Assembly (NCBI RefSeq): GCF_001462395.1
Contig: NZ_LNTB01000001.1
Span: 900,001-932,000 of the forward strand
Reading direction: 5' to 3'
DNA from: Pyrodictium occultum
GTDB lineage: Archaea > Thermoproteota > Thermoprotei_A > Sulfolobales > Pyrodictiaceae
DNA length: 32,000 nucleotides
A program made the position numbers and the translations under genes. Positions 1 to 7,131 of this stretch are shown piece by piece; position 1 is the first letter of the stretch; the number at the start of each line of letters is the position of its first letter. The notes below the pieces were generated by a model. It worked only from the letters and a program-made list of their open reading frames with translations. It was not told the DNA's origin and did not search any database.

Positions 1-355
1 CGGCGAGCCGGTAGGCGGGGCCCCTCTCGCTCCTGCCGCGCAGCGAGGAGAGGTGGGCGAGCACCGTGGCGGCCCGGGCCTCGAGGCCCAGCCAGCCCCT
101 CTCCTCCAGCCAGGGCCTGATCCTAGCGTTGTATACGCTTGTCTTCCCCTCCCCCCACTCCGCCACGAGGAGCACGAGGACGGGGTCCTGGCTCTTCTCC
201 ATCTCGTTGAGGGCCTCGGCTACCTGCTGGTAGACCCTCTGCCTGCTCGGCAGCGGGGGGAGGTACTCGTCGAGCCTCCTGGCGTCCGTGCCAGTCAGGC
301 TCGGCAGCCTCGCGGGCGGCGGCCCGCAGCGCCTGGCCACAGTCTCCGGAGGCAT
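1..355 (-). CDS. P-loop NTPase, N-terminal part (gene runs off the left edge of the window)
   Basis: Hand translation of the minus strand from ATG 355 gives MPPETVARRCGPPPARLPSLTGTDARRLDEYLPPLPSRQRVYQQVAEALNEMEKSQDPVLVLLVAEWGEGKTSVYNARIRPWLEERGWLGLEARAATVLAHL... The Walker-A-like motif is AEWGEGKTS. It is absent from the ORF track because no stop lies inside the window. In-frame GTG codons up to about 447 are alternative starts. The family is not assigned. Confidence 0.45.
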   Translation of the reverse strand, partial: MPPETVARRCGPPPARLPSLTGTDARRLDEYLPPLPSRQRVYQQVAEALNEMEKSQDPVLVLLVAEWGEGKTSVYNARIRPWLEERGWLGLEARAATVLAHLSSLRGRSERGPAYRLA

Positions 356-477
356 AGCCGAAACCCGGGTGTAGAGGCATGAGTAACACTCATACAGCGG
401 CACCCCTCGGCTCCCGGCGGCCAGCCCGTAGTACACGGGTAGCACTATGGCCGCGGCGCCGGAGCCTCCTGGGGCCT

Positions 478-804
478 CTAGCCCTCCTCCTGGAGGGGCG
501 TGGGCCGGTACGGCTCCAGGTCGTAGCGTATAGTGAAGTCCCGGTACTCGCCCCGGTACGGCTCCCAGACCACCACGACCCTCTCAACCCGGGCCGCCGG
601 CGGGCCCCGGTGGGCCCAGCGTATCACCTCCTCAACGGCCTCCCGGGGCCCCTCGACAACAGCCTCCACGCTCCCATCAGGCATGTTCCTGACCCAGCCC
701 GTGACCCCGAGCCTCCGGGCAACCTCCCTCATAGTGGCCCGGAAGAAGACGCCCTGTACCCTGCCGTAGATGCGGAGATAGGCCCTAGCCATCCCGCCGG
801 CCAT
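478..804 (-). CDS. acyP: acylphosphatase
   Basis: Track ORF 478..843 (-). The core [48 protein letters not shown] matches the acylphosphatase signatures (YGxVQGVxFR and GWVxNxxDGSVE). The start is placed at ATG 804, with GGAGG 4 nt upstream. ATG 843 sits about 10 nt from the TATA-like box at 853-860 and is probably upstream of the transcript. ATG 792 is also possible. Confidence 0.85.
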   Translation of the reverse strand: MAGGMARAYLRIYGRVQGVFFRATMREVARRLGVTGWVRNMPDGSVEAVVEGPREAVEEVIRWAHRGPPAARVERVVVVWEPYRGEYRDFTIRYDLEPYRPTPLQEEG

Positions 805-852
805 GGGCCCTCCGCCCTGGAGGGTGTAGGGAAGTGCACCCATGTAACAGGC

Positions 853-860
853 TTAATAAT
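853..860 (-). promoter_or_regulatory. TATA-like box upstream of acyP
   Basis: ttaataat (minus strand ATTATTAA) is the only A/T-rich element in a GC-rich spacer. The expected transcription start, about 25 nt downstream, falls near 830, between ATG 843 and ATG 804. Confidence 0.35.
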
Positions 861-1071
861 GTGGCCCCCGGGGCGGGGGAGGGGCTCCAGGTGCTGGTGG
901 ACGAGGCTGCCAGGGCCATACCTCCTCGACGCAGCGGAGCTGCCCCTCACCGCCGGGCCGCCGCTGCCAGGGCACCCTGGCGTCAAGGCGGGGGCTCAAG
1001 AGCTCCCCGGGAGAGCGTGGGGGCGCGTGGAAAAGGGTGAGGCGTTCTCCCGATGCTCTAGGCGCCTAGTG

Positions 1072-1992
1072 CTAGAGCTTGTCCTGCTCCTCCAGCTCCT
1101 GGAGCTTGAGCATCGCCCTTATCTCGCGCCAGTTGGCCTCTATCTCCTCGTAGATCTTCTTGATGTCCTCTTCGGTCAGGTGGCGGAACCTGCCCTGGAG
1201 CTTGAGGTACTCCTCCACGGGCTTCCTCTTCGAGGGGTCTAGCAGCCTGTTGCTCGGCGGGTTGAGCCTCAGCCGGCCGTTCTCGTACTCGTAGAGTATC
1301 CACATCCCCGTCTCGACCGCCAGCTGGGCTATCCTCGCGGTCAGGCTTGAGTCGAACCTCCAGCCCACAGGGCAGGGGGCGTGGAGGTGGATGTACTTGA
1401 ACCCTCTTATGCTGGCGGCTTTGCGCAGCTTCGCTATGAAGTCCCAGGGGTAGCCCACGCTTGCGGTAGCCACGTAGGGGACCCTGTGGGCGGCTACTAT
1501 CTGTGGCATGGGCTTCTTGAACTCCTTCTTGCCCCGGTGGGTGGTCGTGGTCCAGGCGCCGTAGGGGGTGAGCCCGCTCCTCTGGATACCCGTGTTCATG
1601 TAGGCCTCGTTGTCGACGCAGATGTAGATTATGTCCTCGCCCCTCTCCGCGGCGGCGCTGAGGGCCTGGAGGCCTATGTCAGCGGTGCCGCCGTCCCCGG
1701 CCCAGACAACCACCTGCGCGTCCACGCCCCTGCGGCGGAGCGCCCTGGCAAGCCCGCTGGCGGCGGAAGCGCCGGCGGCGAACACTATGTTGAGCACCGG
1801 GAGCCCCCAGCCCTGCCGGGGCCACATGCCCTGTATGACGGAGCTGCAGCCAGCGGGGATCACTACCACAGCCTTGTCGCCGAGCGCCATGCCGAGGTAC
1901 CTGAACCCCATGGTCTCCGGGCAGCCCGGGCACGCGGCGTTGCCGGGCATAACGTACTTCTCCTTGGGTAGCTTACGTATGTTTATAGCCAT
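1072..1992 (-). CDS. porB: 2-oxoacid:ferredoxin oxidoreductase beta subunit (POR/VOR type, TPP-binding)
   Basis: Track ORF 1072..2004 (-). It has the N-terminal PGNAACPGCPE motif and the TPP motif GDGGTADIG. ATG 1992 (MAINIRKL...) is preceded by GGAGGTGA at 8-nt spacing. GTG 2004, overlapping the alpha-subunit stop as GTGA, is the alternative start. POR versus VOR specificity cannot be decided from the sequence alone. Confidence 0.9.
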   Translation of the reverse strand: MAINIRKLPKEKYVMPGNAACPGCPETMGFRYLGMALGDKAVVVIPAGCSSVIQGMWPRQGWGLPVLNIVFAAGASAASGLARALRRRGVDAQVVVWAGDGGTADIGLQALSAAAERGEDIIYICVDNEAYMNTGIQRSGLTPYGAWTTTTHRGKKEFKKPMPQIVAAHRVPYVATASVGYPWDFIAKLRKAASIRGFKYIHLHAPCPVGWRFDSSLTARIAQLAVETGMWILYEYENGRLRLNPPSNRLLDPSKRKPVEEYLKLQGRFRHLTEEDIKKIYEEIEANWREIRAMLKLQELEEQDKL

Positions 1993-2000
1993 CCCGGGGC

Positions 2001-3245
2001 TCACCTCCGGGCCTCCCGCAGCTTCTCCCCCCTCACGGGGTGCTCGAGCGGGGGCATGGGGTGGAACTTGCCGAGGTGGTACCAGTAGGCGGGTATGTAG
2101 ACGCGGCCCTCCTCCTCCACCAGGCTGTAAGCATGCTCCACTATAGATGCTATGTCCTCGTAGGAGATATCGACGCCGCCTATCCCGGCCGGCACCCCTA
2201 CCATGCTAGGCCTCGCCTCCAGGGCGCTGCTCAGCTCCAGGAACAGCGGCCCGGCGTGGCCGAAGGAGATGCTCCTATCCATCACGGCCACGAGCTTCTT
2301 GCCTATGGCTGCCTCGCGGACCTCCTCCCAGGGGAAGGGCCGGATCCACCGCAGCCTCAGCACCCCGGCGCGTATCCCCTTCTCCCTAAGCATGTCGGCA
2401 GCTATCTTCGCGTCGCCCATCCACGAGCCTATGCCGGCCACCAGCACGTCGGCGTCGCTGCAACGGTAGCAGTCTATGAGGCTCTCGTAGCTCCTCCCCG
2501 TCAGCTTCCCGTACTCCCGGCCGGCCTCCCTTATCACCTCCCTGGCCCTGGCCATGCTCCGGTGCATGTCCATCCTCAGCTCCTCGAAGTACTCGTCGGG
2601 CACAAGGTTGCCCATCGCGATCTTCTCCCGGGGCTGTATCACGTAGGGCTGGCGGCGGGGCGGGAGGAACTCATCCACGGTCTCCTGGTCGGGCAGCTCC
2701 ACTGGCTCCACGGTGTGGCTGAGTATGAAGCCGTCCAGCCCGACTATCCCGGGAAGATACACCCTCGGGTCCTCGGTCACCCGGAACATCATTATCGTCA
2801 GGTCTAGGGCCTCCTGGTTGTTCTCGGCCATTGAGATCAGCCAGCCCGTGTCCCTAGTGCTCATTATGTCAGCGTGCTCCACGTGAATGTTCCAGGGCGG
2901 CCCGATGGCCCTGGTAACCACGGCCATTACCAGGGGGATCCTGCTGCCGGCCGTCCACCAGAGCATCTCATACATGTAGGCTAGCCCGTGGCTGCTGGTG
3001 GCGGTGAACGCCCTGACGCCCCCCGCGGCGGCGCCGTAGGCGGCGGCGAGGGCGCTGTGCTCGCTCTCGACATCGATGAAGTCGGCGTCCATCTCGCCGC
3101 TGGAGATAAGCTCGTCGATCTTCTCGACGATTATGGTCTGGGGGGTTATGGGGTAGGCCGCCACCACCTCGACGCGGGCCAGCTTGGCCGCGTACGCGAC
3201 CGCCTCGTTCCCGCGGAGACTCGTGACCACGGGCACGGGCCTCAC
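2001..3245 (-). CDS. porA: 2-oxoacid:ferredoxin oxidoreductase alpha subunit
   Basis: 414-aa ORF. LRGNEAVAYAAKLARVEVVAAYPITPQT...ESEHSALAAAYGAA...ATSSHGLAYM is typical of POR/VOR alpha subunits. GTG start 3245 overlaps the delta stop (GTGA). Confidence 0.92.
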   Translation of the reverse strand: MRPVPVVTSLRGNEAVAYAAKLARVEVVAAYPITPQTIIVEKIDELISSGEMDADFIDVESEHSALAAAYGAAAGGVRAFTATSSHGLAYMYEMLWWTAGSRIPLVMAVVTRAIGPPWNIHVEHADIMSTRDTGWLISMAENNQEALDLTIMMFRVTEDPRVYLPGIVGLDGFILSHTVEPVELPDQETVDEFLPPRRQPYVIQPREKIAMGNLVPDEYFEELRMDMHRSMARAREVIREAGREYGKLTGRSYESLIDCYRCSDADVLVAGIGSWMGDAKIAADMLREKGIRAGVLRLRWIRPFPWEEVREAAIGKKLVAVMDRSISFGHAGPLFLELSSALEARPSMVGVPAGIGGVDISYEDIASIVEHAYSLVEEEGRVYIPAYWYHLGKFHPMPPLEHPVRGEKLREARR

Positions 3246-3592
3246 CCCTCGCGCTGGAGGAACTCCTCCTCGTCAACCATCTCGAGAGCGTGGGTGGGGC
3301 AGGCCATGGCGCAGACGCCGCAGCCCTTACAATAGTCGTACTCTATCACCGGTATCGCCTGGCCCCTAGGGCCCGCGCCCTCCCTCATGTCTATCACATC
3401 CTCGGGGCAGTAGATCCAGCAGAGGTAGCAGCCGGTGCACTTCTCAGGGCGGAGGACGGGGCGCTTGACCCTCCAGGACCCGGTGCGCCCGGCCGAGCCA
3501 CGCCCAGCCACCGCTATGGGGAGCGCGTGGCCCGCCGGGTCAACGGCAGCCACCTCCCCCGGCCTCCGGGTCCCCGAGGCCTCCGCGGTCAC
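3242..3592 (-). CDS. porD: 2-oxoacid:ferredoxin oxidoreductase delta subunit (2x[4Fe-4S] ferredoxin-like)
   Basis: This is the last 116 codons of track ORF 3242..4495. TGSWRVKRPVLRPEKCTGCYLCWIYCP and CKGCGVCAMACP give two CxxCxxCxxxCP motifs. GTG at 3592 overlaps the gamma stop TGA 3589-3591 (GTGA) and is in frame with stop 3242. Confidence 0.85.
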   Translation of the reverse strand: MTAEASGTRRPGEVAAVDPAGHALPIAVAGRGSAGRTGSWRVKRPVLRPEKCTGCYLCWIYCPEDVIDMREGAGPRGQAIPVIEYDYCKGCGVCAMACPTHALEMVDEEEFLQREG

Positions 3593-4263
3593 AGCCCGGC
3601 CACCTCCACGGGCCTCTGGACCGCCTCCCCGGTCTCCATGTAGGCGCGCCTGGCGGCCTCGGCGTTGAGATCCGCCACCCGGGGCCTGCCGCTCCAGTGC
3701 TCCCGGATGGCCCTGGCCACCGAGTCTATCGACACTATGCCGGTGGCCCTGGCCAGTGCGCCCAGCATGGCCGTGTTCACCACCGGCCAGCCCGCCACCA
3801 CGAGGCCCAGCTCCTCCGCTATCCTCGTGGCGTTGACCCAGTAGAGCCGGAGCCCCTCGACGCCGAGGTCCACGGGCTTGGGCAGGTTGGCCACCACCGT
3901 GGCCCCAGGCCTCATGCCCTCCAGAACCTTCTCCCTCTCGGTCTCGAGGAGCCAGGGGTCGAGCACCACTACCACGTGGGGCCTCCGCACCATGCTGTGG
4001 ACCGGCACCGGCCGGTCGGCCACCCGGGCGAAGGCTAGGACGTGGGCGCCCCTCCTCTCGGCGCCGAAGCTGGGGATAGCCTGGCCCCACTTGCCCTCCA
4101 GCTGCACCGCCCTCACGAGTATGGAGGCGGCCGTCACCGCCCCCTGGCCGCCGCGGCCGTGGAAGCGTATCTCCACGGTCCTCCGCAGCGCCTCTAGGAA
4201 GCCGCCGCCCTGCGGTGTTGTAGGCAAGGCCTGCTCCACGCCCCGGGGCTTGGGCGGCACCAT
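3589..4263 (-). CDS. porG: 2-oxoacid:ferredoxin oxidoreductase gamma subunit
   Basis: 224-aa ORF with EIRFHGRGGQGAVTAASILVRAV...FGAERRGA, the POR gamma signature. The true start may be downstream of ATG 4263. GTG 4176 would give MEIRFHGRGGQG and has GGAGG 3 nt upstream. Confidence 0.88.
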   Translation of the reverse strand: MVPPKPRGVEQALPTTPQGGGFLEALRRTVEIRFHGRGGQGAVTAASILVRAVQLEGKWGQAIPSFGAERRGAHVLAFARVADRPVPVHSMVRRPHVVVVLDPWLLETEREKVLEGMRPGATVVANLPKPVDLGVEGLRLYWVNATRIAEELGLVVAGWPVVNTAMLGALARATGIVSIDSVARAIREHWSGRPRVADLNAEAARRAYMETGEAVQRPVEVAGL

Positions 4264-4268
4264 GCTCG

Positions 4269-4277
4269 ATATTTATA
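4269..4277. promoter_or_regulatory. TATA-like box in the divergent porG / FAD-oxidoreductase spacer
   Basis: atatttata (TATAAATAT on the minus strand) is the only A/T-rich element in the 106-nt spacer. It lies 6 nt from ATG 4263 of porG and about 95 nt from ATG 4370. Orientation is undetermined. Confidence 0.35.
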
Positions 4278-4369
4278 GCTGGCCCACTGGTAGACCACCC
4301 CCCGTAGGCTCCCCCCGCCGGCCCACAGCATGGGTGAGGGGCCGTAGAAGGGGCGCGGGATGCACTGCT

Positions 4370-5647
4370 ATGACCAGGGTGGACGTGCTCGTAGTTGGGG
4401 CAGGGATAATCGGGCTCTCCTCCGCCTTCCACGTCAAGAGGCTGTGCCCCAGCTGCCGGGTCCTCCTGGTGGAGAAGCACCCCGGCCCCGGCCACGGCGA
4501 CACGGGCAGGAGCGCCGCCGCCTTCCGCGCGTTCTTCACATCCAGGACCAATATGGCGCTGGCGGCTAGCAGCATAGCCTTCTACAGGGAGGTGCAGGAG
4601 AGGGAGGGCTTCGACCTAGGGATGAGGTTCACGGGCTACCTCTTCCTCCTCACGGAGGAGCAGCACCAGGCCCTCGCGCCGGTCCTCGAGGAGCTGCGGC
4701 GCCGCGGCCTGGGCTACCGGGTCTACAGCCCCGAGGAGCTAGAGGAACTGCTGGGCCTCAGGACGAGGCCGGGCGGCGAGGAGGCGGAGCTGATGCAGCT
4801 CCCCGGCATAGACGTGGGCGTGCTGGCCGAGAACGCGGGCATAATCAGGCCCGAGAGGCTGGTGGAGTACTACAGCAGGAGGATAGGGGAGATGGGCGTT
4901 GAGGCCCTCTACAACACCAGGGTGGAGAAGATACTGGTGGAGCCGGAGCAGCCCCTGGGGGTCCCCGGCGAGCCCCTCCCCTGGCAGAAGGCCCGGGTGG
5001 TGGGCGCGGCCACGTCGAGGGGCGAGATAAGGGCCGACGTAACCATAGTGGCCGGGGGTGCTGAGACCCCCTTCCTCCTCGACCCTGTGGGCGTGGATAT
5101 ACACGCGAAGCCGAAGAAGAGGCAGGTCTTCGTCATACGCGCCGACCGGCCGGAGCTGCGGAGGCTGCTCCACGCCGAGGGCTTCAACAGCCTCGGGCTC
5201 GCCCCCTTCATCCTCCTGCCGAAAGGCGTCTACATCCGCCCCGCCCCCGAGGACAACGCCTTCTGGGTTGGGGCCTCCGACCACCTGGGCAGGCCCTTCT
5301 CCTGGGAGCCCGACCCCCAGCCCGAGGAGCACTTCTACGAGTACGGCATCTACCCGGTGCTCCACAACTACCTCCCGGCCTTCGAGAACGCGCGGCCCTC
5401 CTCGGCCTGGGCGGGGTTCTACGACATCTCCATAGACGGGCAACCCGTCGTGCTGTCCGAGCCCGGGCTCGTGGCGGCGGCCGGCACAAGCGGCAGCGGG
5501 ATAATGAAGGCCGACGCGGTCGGCAGGATAGCTGCCTCCCTAGCCCTGGGCAAGAAGAGGGCGGCGCTCTACGGCGGAGAGGAGGTGGACGCGAGCATAC
5601 TAGGCACCAGGAGCAGGAGAGTGGAGGAGGAGAGGCTCGTCATCTAG
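4370..5647 (+). CDS. FAD-dependent oxidoreductase (DAO / glycine-sarcosine oxidase-like family)
   Basis: This is the C-terminal 425 codons of track ORF 3878..5647. It starts at ATG 4370 (MTRVDVLVVGAGIIGLSSAFHV...), a GxGxxG dinucleotide-binding fold. The C-terminal GTSGSGIMKA is typical of DAO-family enzymes. The upstream 164 codons are antisense to porG. Confidence 0.85.
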   Translation: MTRVDVLVVGAGIIGLSSAFHVKRLCPSCRVLLVEKHPGPGHGDTGRSAAAFRAFFTSRTNMALAASSIAFYREVQEREGFDLGMRFTGYLFLLTEEQHQALAPVLEELRRRGLGYRVYSPEELEELLGLRTRPGGEEAELMQLPGIDVGVLAENAGIIRPERLVEYYSRRIGEMGVEALYNTRVEKILVEPEQPLGVPGEPLPWQKARVVGAATSRGEIRADVTIVAGGAETPFLLDPVGVDIHAKPKKRQVFVIRADRPELRRLLHAEGFNSLGLAPFILLPKGVYIRPAPEDNAFWVGASDHLGRPFSWEPDPQPEEHFYEYGIYPVLHNYLPAFENARPSSAWAGFYDISIDGQPVVLSEPGLVAAAGTSGSGIMKADAVGRIAASLALGKKRAALYGGEEVDASILGTRSRRVEEERLVI

Positions 5648-5792
5648 CCCCGCCGCGCCGGGCGGGGGGTGGGCGCCGGCGGCCCCATGCGGGGGTAGAT
5701 ATCCCTTTCCGGGCATGCGTGATTAAGTGAACACTAGATAGCCTGGACCCCCCTCCCCCTCCCACACGCTAAGACTGAGGGAGGTGGCCTAC

Positions 5793-5852
5793 ATGGCCCA
5801 GAAGAAGAAGAGGTCCAAGCGGTCCAAGGAGAGTGAGGGCCAGCAGCAGTAG
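5793..5852 (+). CDS. 19-codon basic micro-ORF (MAQKKKRSKRSKESEGQQQ), hypothetical
   Basis: ATG 5793 is preceded by GGAGGTG (5780-5786) at 6-nt spacing. 17 of the 18 codons after ATG end in G or C despite the A-rich composition, which matches the coding bias of this genome. The stop is TAG 5850-5852. No homologue is recognised. Confidence 0.3.
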   Translation: MAQKKKRSKRSKESEGQQQ

Positions 5853-5873
5853 AGGGGGTGCGGGGCGGCGCCA

Positions 5874-5940
5874 GGGAGGAGGCCCCCTAACGGGCCTCCT
5901 CCCCGCCCCTCCGCGGGCGCTCCAGGGGCGCTCCTTTTTA
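5874..5940 (+). terminator. perfect 12-bp stem-loop followed by a T5 tract; candidate terminator or attenuator
   Basis: GGGAGGAGGCCC (5874-5885), loop CCTAAC, GGGCCTCCTCCC (5892-5903): exact inverted repeat beginning 22 nt after the micro-ORF stop. ctccTTTTTa lies at 5935-5939. Confidence 0.3.
5915..5934 (+). repeat. tandem direct repeat GGGCGCTCC x2 (11-nt period) abutting the TATA box
   Basis: GGGCGCTCC occurs at 5915-5923 and 5926-5934, immediately upstream of the A/T block at 5935-5954. Confidence 0.4.
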
Positions 5941-5954
5941 TATTTATAATTTTT
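5935..5954 (+). promoter_or_regulatory. TATA box for the radical SAM gene pair (probably a leaderless transcript)
   Basis: tttttatatttataattttt is a 20-nt pure A/T block in 70% GC DNA. It ends 8 nt before ATG 5963. Confidence 0.5.
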
Positions 5955-5962
5955 GTAACGCG

Positions 5963-7028
5963 ATGGCCCCGCGGCCCCCCGGGGAGGCTGGGGGTAGAAG
6001 AGGGGGCCAGCCGCCCCGAGCTGGATGGGCTGGACGGGTCTTGGGCTGCGAGGGGCCGGAGTGGATAGTCTGGATAGTGACTGCCGCCTGCAACCTCCGC
6101 TGCCCTTACTGCTACGCCGCCCGCTACCTCGGTGAGAGGCCGCTCTCCACCGGGGAGGCGCTCCGCCTGGTGGGGGAGGCGGCCGAGCTGGGGGTCGCGC
6201 ATATCAACCTCACTGGGGGCGAGCCCCTCCTCCGCGGCGACATACTGGAGCTCCTGGCGGCGGCGGTCGACTCGGGCATAGAGGCGAGCCTCTTCACGAA
6301 CATGGCTCTCCTCCGCGACGGCGTTGCGGGGGAGCTGGCGAGGCTCGGGGTGCTCCTCTACACCAGCCTCGACGGGCCCAGGGAGGTCTACGAGGCGGCG
6401 AAGGGCCCGGGGAGCTGGGAGAGGTTCCTCAGGGCCTGGGGGCGGCCCGGCGCCACGGCCTGGGCTTCCACGTCAACATCCCGGTCTCCCGGCTCAACTA
6501 CAGGAGGGTGGGCGAGGCCGTCGAGACGGCGGTTGGGCTGGGGGCTGCAAGCGTCTCCATCATCCCGGCGATGCCCTCGGGCAGGGCGGTGGAGACCCGC
6601 AGCTACATCTCCTCAAGGGAGCTCCTTGAGGCCCTCCGCGGCGCGGAGGAGGCAGCCGAGAGGCTCGGCGTAACGGTCTCGGCCTGGTGCGCCCCCTTCG
6701 TCGAGGCCCTGCCCTGGGCCAAGCACCTGAGGGCCAGCAACTGCAGGGACTGGGCCGTCATGGATATAACGCCGTCGGGCAAGGTTGTGCTCTGCGACGT
6801 GTTGGGCGTAGTGGTGGCTGACGCGGCGAAGGAGGGGCTCCGGAGGGCCTGGGAGAAGCTGCAGAGCCACCCACTGAACAAGCTCACCCACAGCGTGCCC
6901 AGGGAGTGTAGGGGTTGCCCCCTCGCCCCCGCTGCCGCGGGGGCTGCTACGCTAGGGCAATGCTCCGCTGGGGCCGCCTCCCGGCCCCGGACCCGCTGTG
7001 CCCCCTCGCGCCGGCGACGGGGCGGTAG
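5963..7028 (+). pseudogene. radical SAM / SPASM-domain enzyme interrupted by two -1 frameshifts
   Basis: Frame 2 (5963 onward) contains IVTAACNLRCPYCYA (CxxxCxxC), INLTGGEPLL and SLDGPREVY...GSWERFLR. The reading then continues in frame 1 from about 6433 (GLGAARRHGLGFHVNIPV...IIPAMPSGRA...CRDWAVMDITPSGKVVLC...RECRGCPLAP). It then continues in frame 3 from about 6930 (RCRGGCYARAMLRWGRLPAPDPLCPLAPATGR, stop 7026-7028). The joined reading gives CRGCPLAPRCRGGC, which is CX2CX5CX3C. The shifts lie in G5 (6438-6442) and C5 (6918-6930) runs. Confidence 0.8.
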
Positions 7029-7131
7029 AGGCCCCGGGGCCACGGTATATTCGCGTCCCGGCGGCGGGGCCACGGGCAGGGCTGCAGCGGCGGTGCCAGG
7101 AGGCCCGGAGCGGCTGAGGGAGCACGGTGTA

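Noticed and set aside
3878-4369. N-terminal 164 codons of track ORF 3878..5647
   Set aside because: This part is antisense to porG. The GxGxxG flavoprotein begins at ATG 4370.
3593-4495. N-terminal 300 codons of the 417-aa track ORF 3242..4495
   Set aside because: Only the last 116 codons (from GTG 3592) are ferredoxin-like porD. The upstream part is an out-of-frame overlap of porG and the spacer, and is G/R/P-rich.
5717-5778. Possible C/D-box sRNA (GTGATTA ... CTGA about 55 nt apart) upstream of the micro-ORF
   Set aside because: The C box has a mismatch (GUGAUUA versus RUGAUGA). I found no internal D'/C' boxes and no terminal stem, so the match could easily arise by chance.
5789-6202. 137-aa ORF on the minus strand spanning the micro-ORF, hairpin, TATA block and rSAM start
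   Set aside because: It crosses a 20-nt pure A/T promoter block and is antisense to the rSAM N-terminus. It has no motif and its composition is P/G/A-rich.
6425-6935. Programmed -1 ribosomal frameshifting in the SPASM gene
   Set aside because: Neither site has an X_XXY_YYZ slippery heptamer or an obvious downstream pseudoknot. Two independent programmed shifts in one gene is implausible. Mutation or a homopolymer miscall is the simpler explanation.
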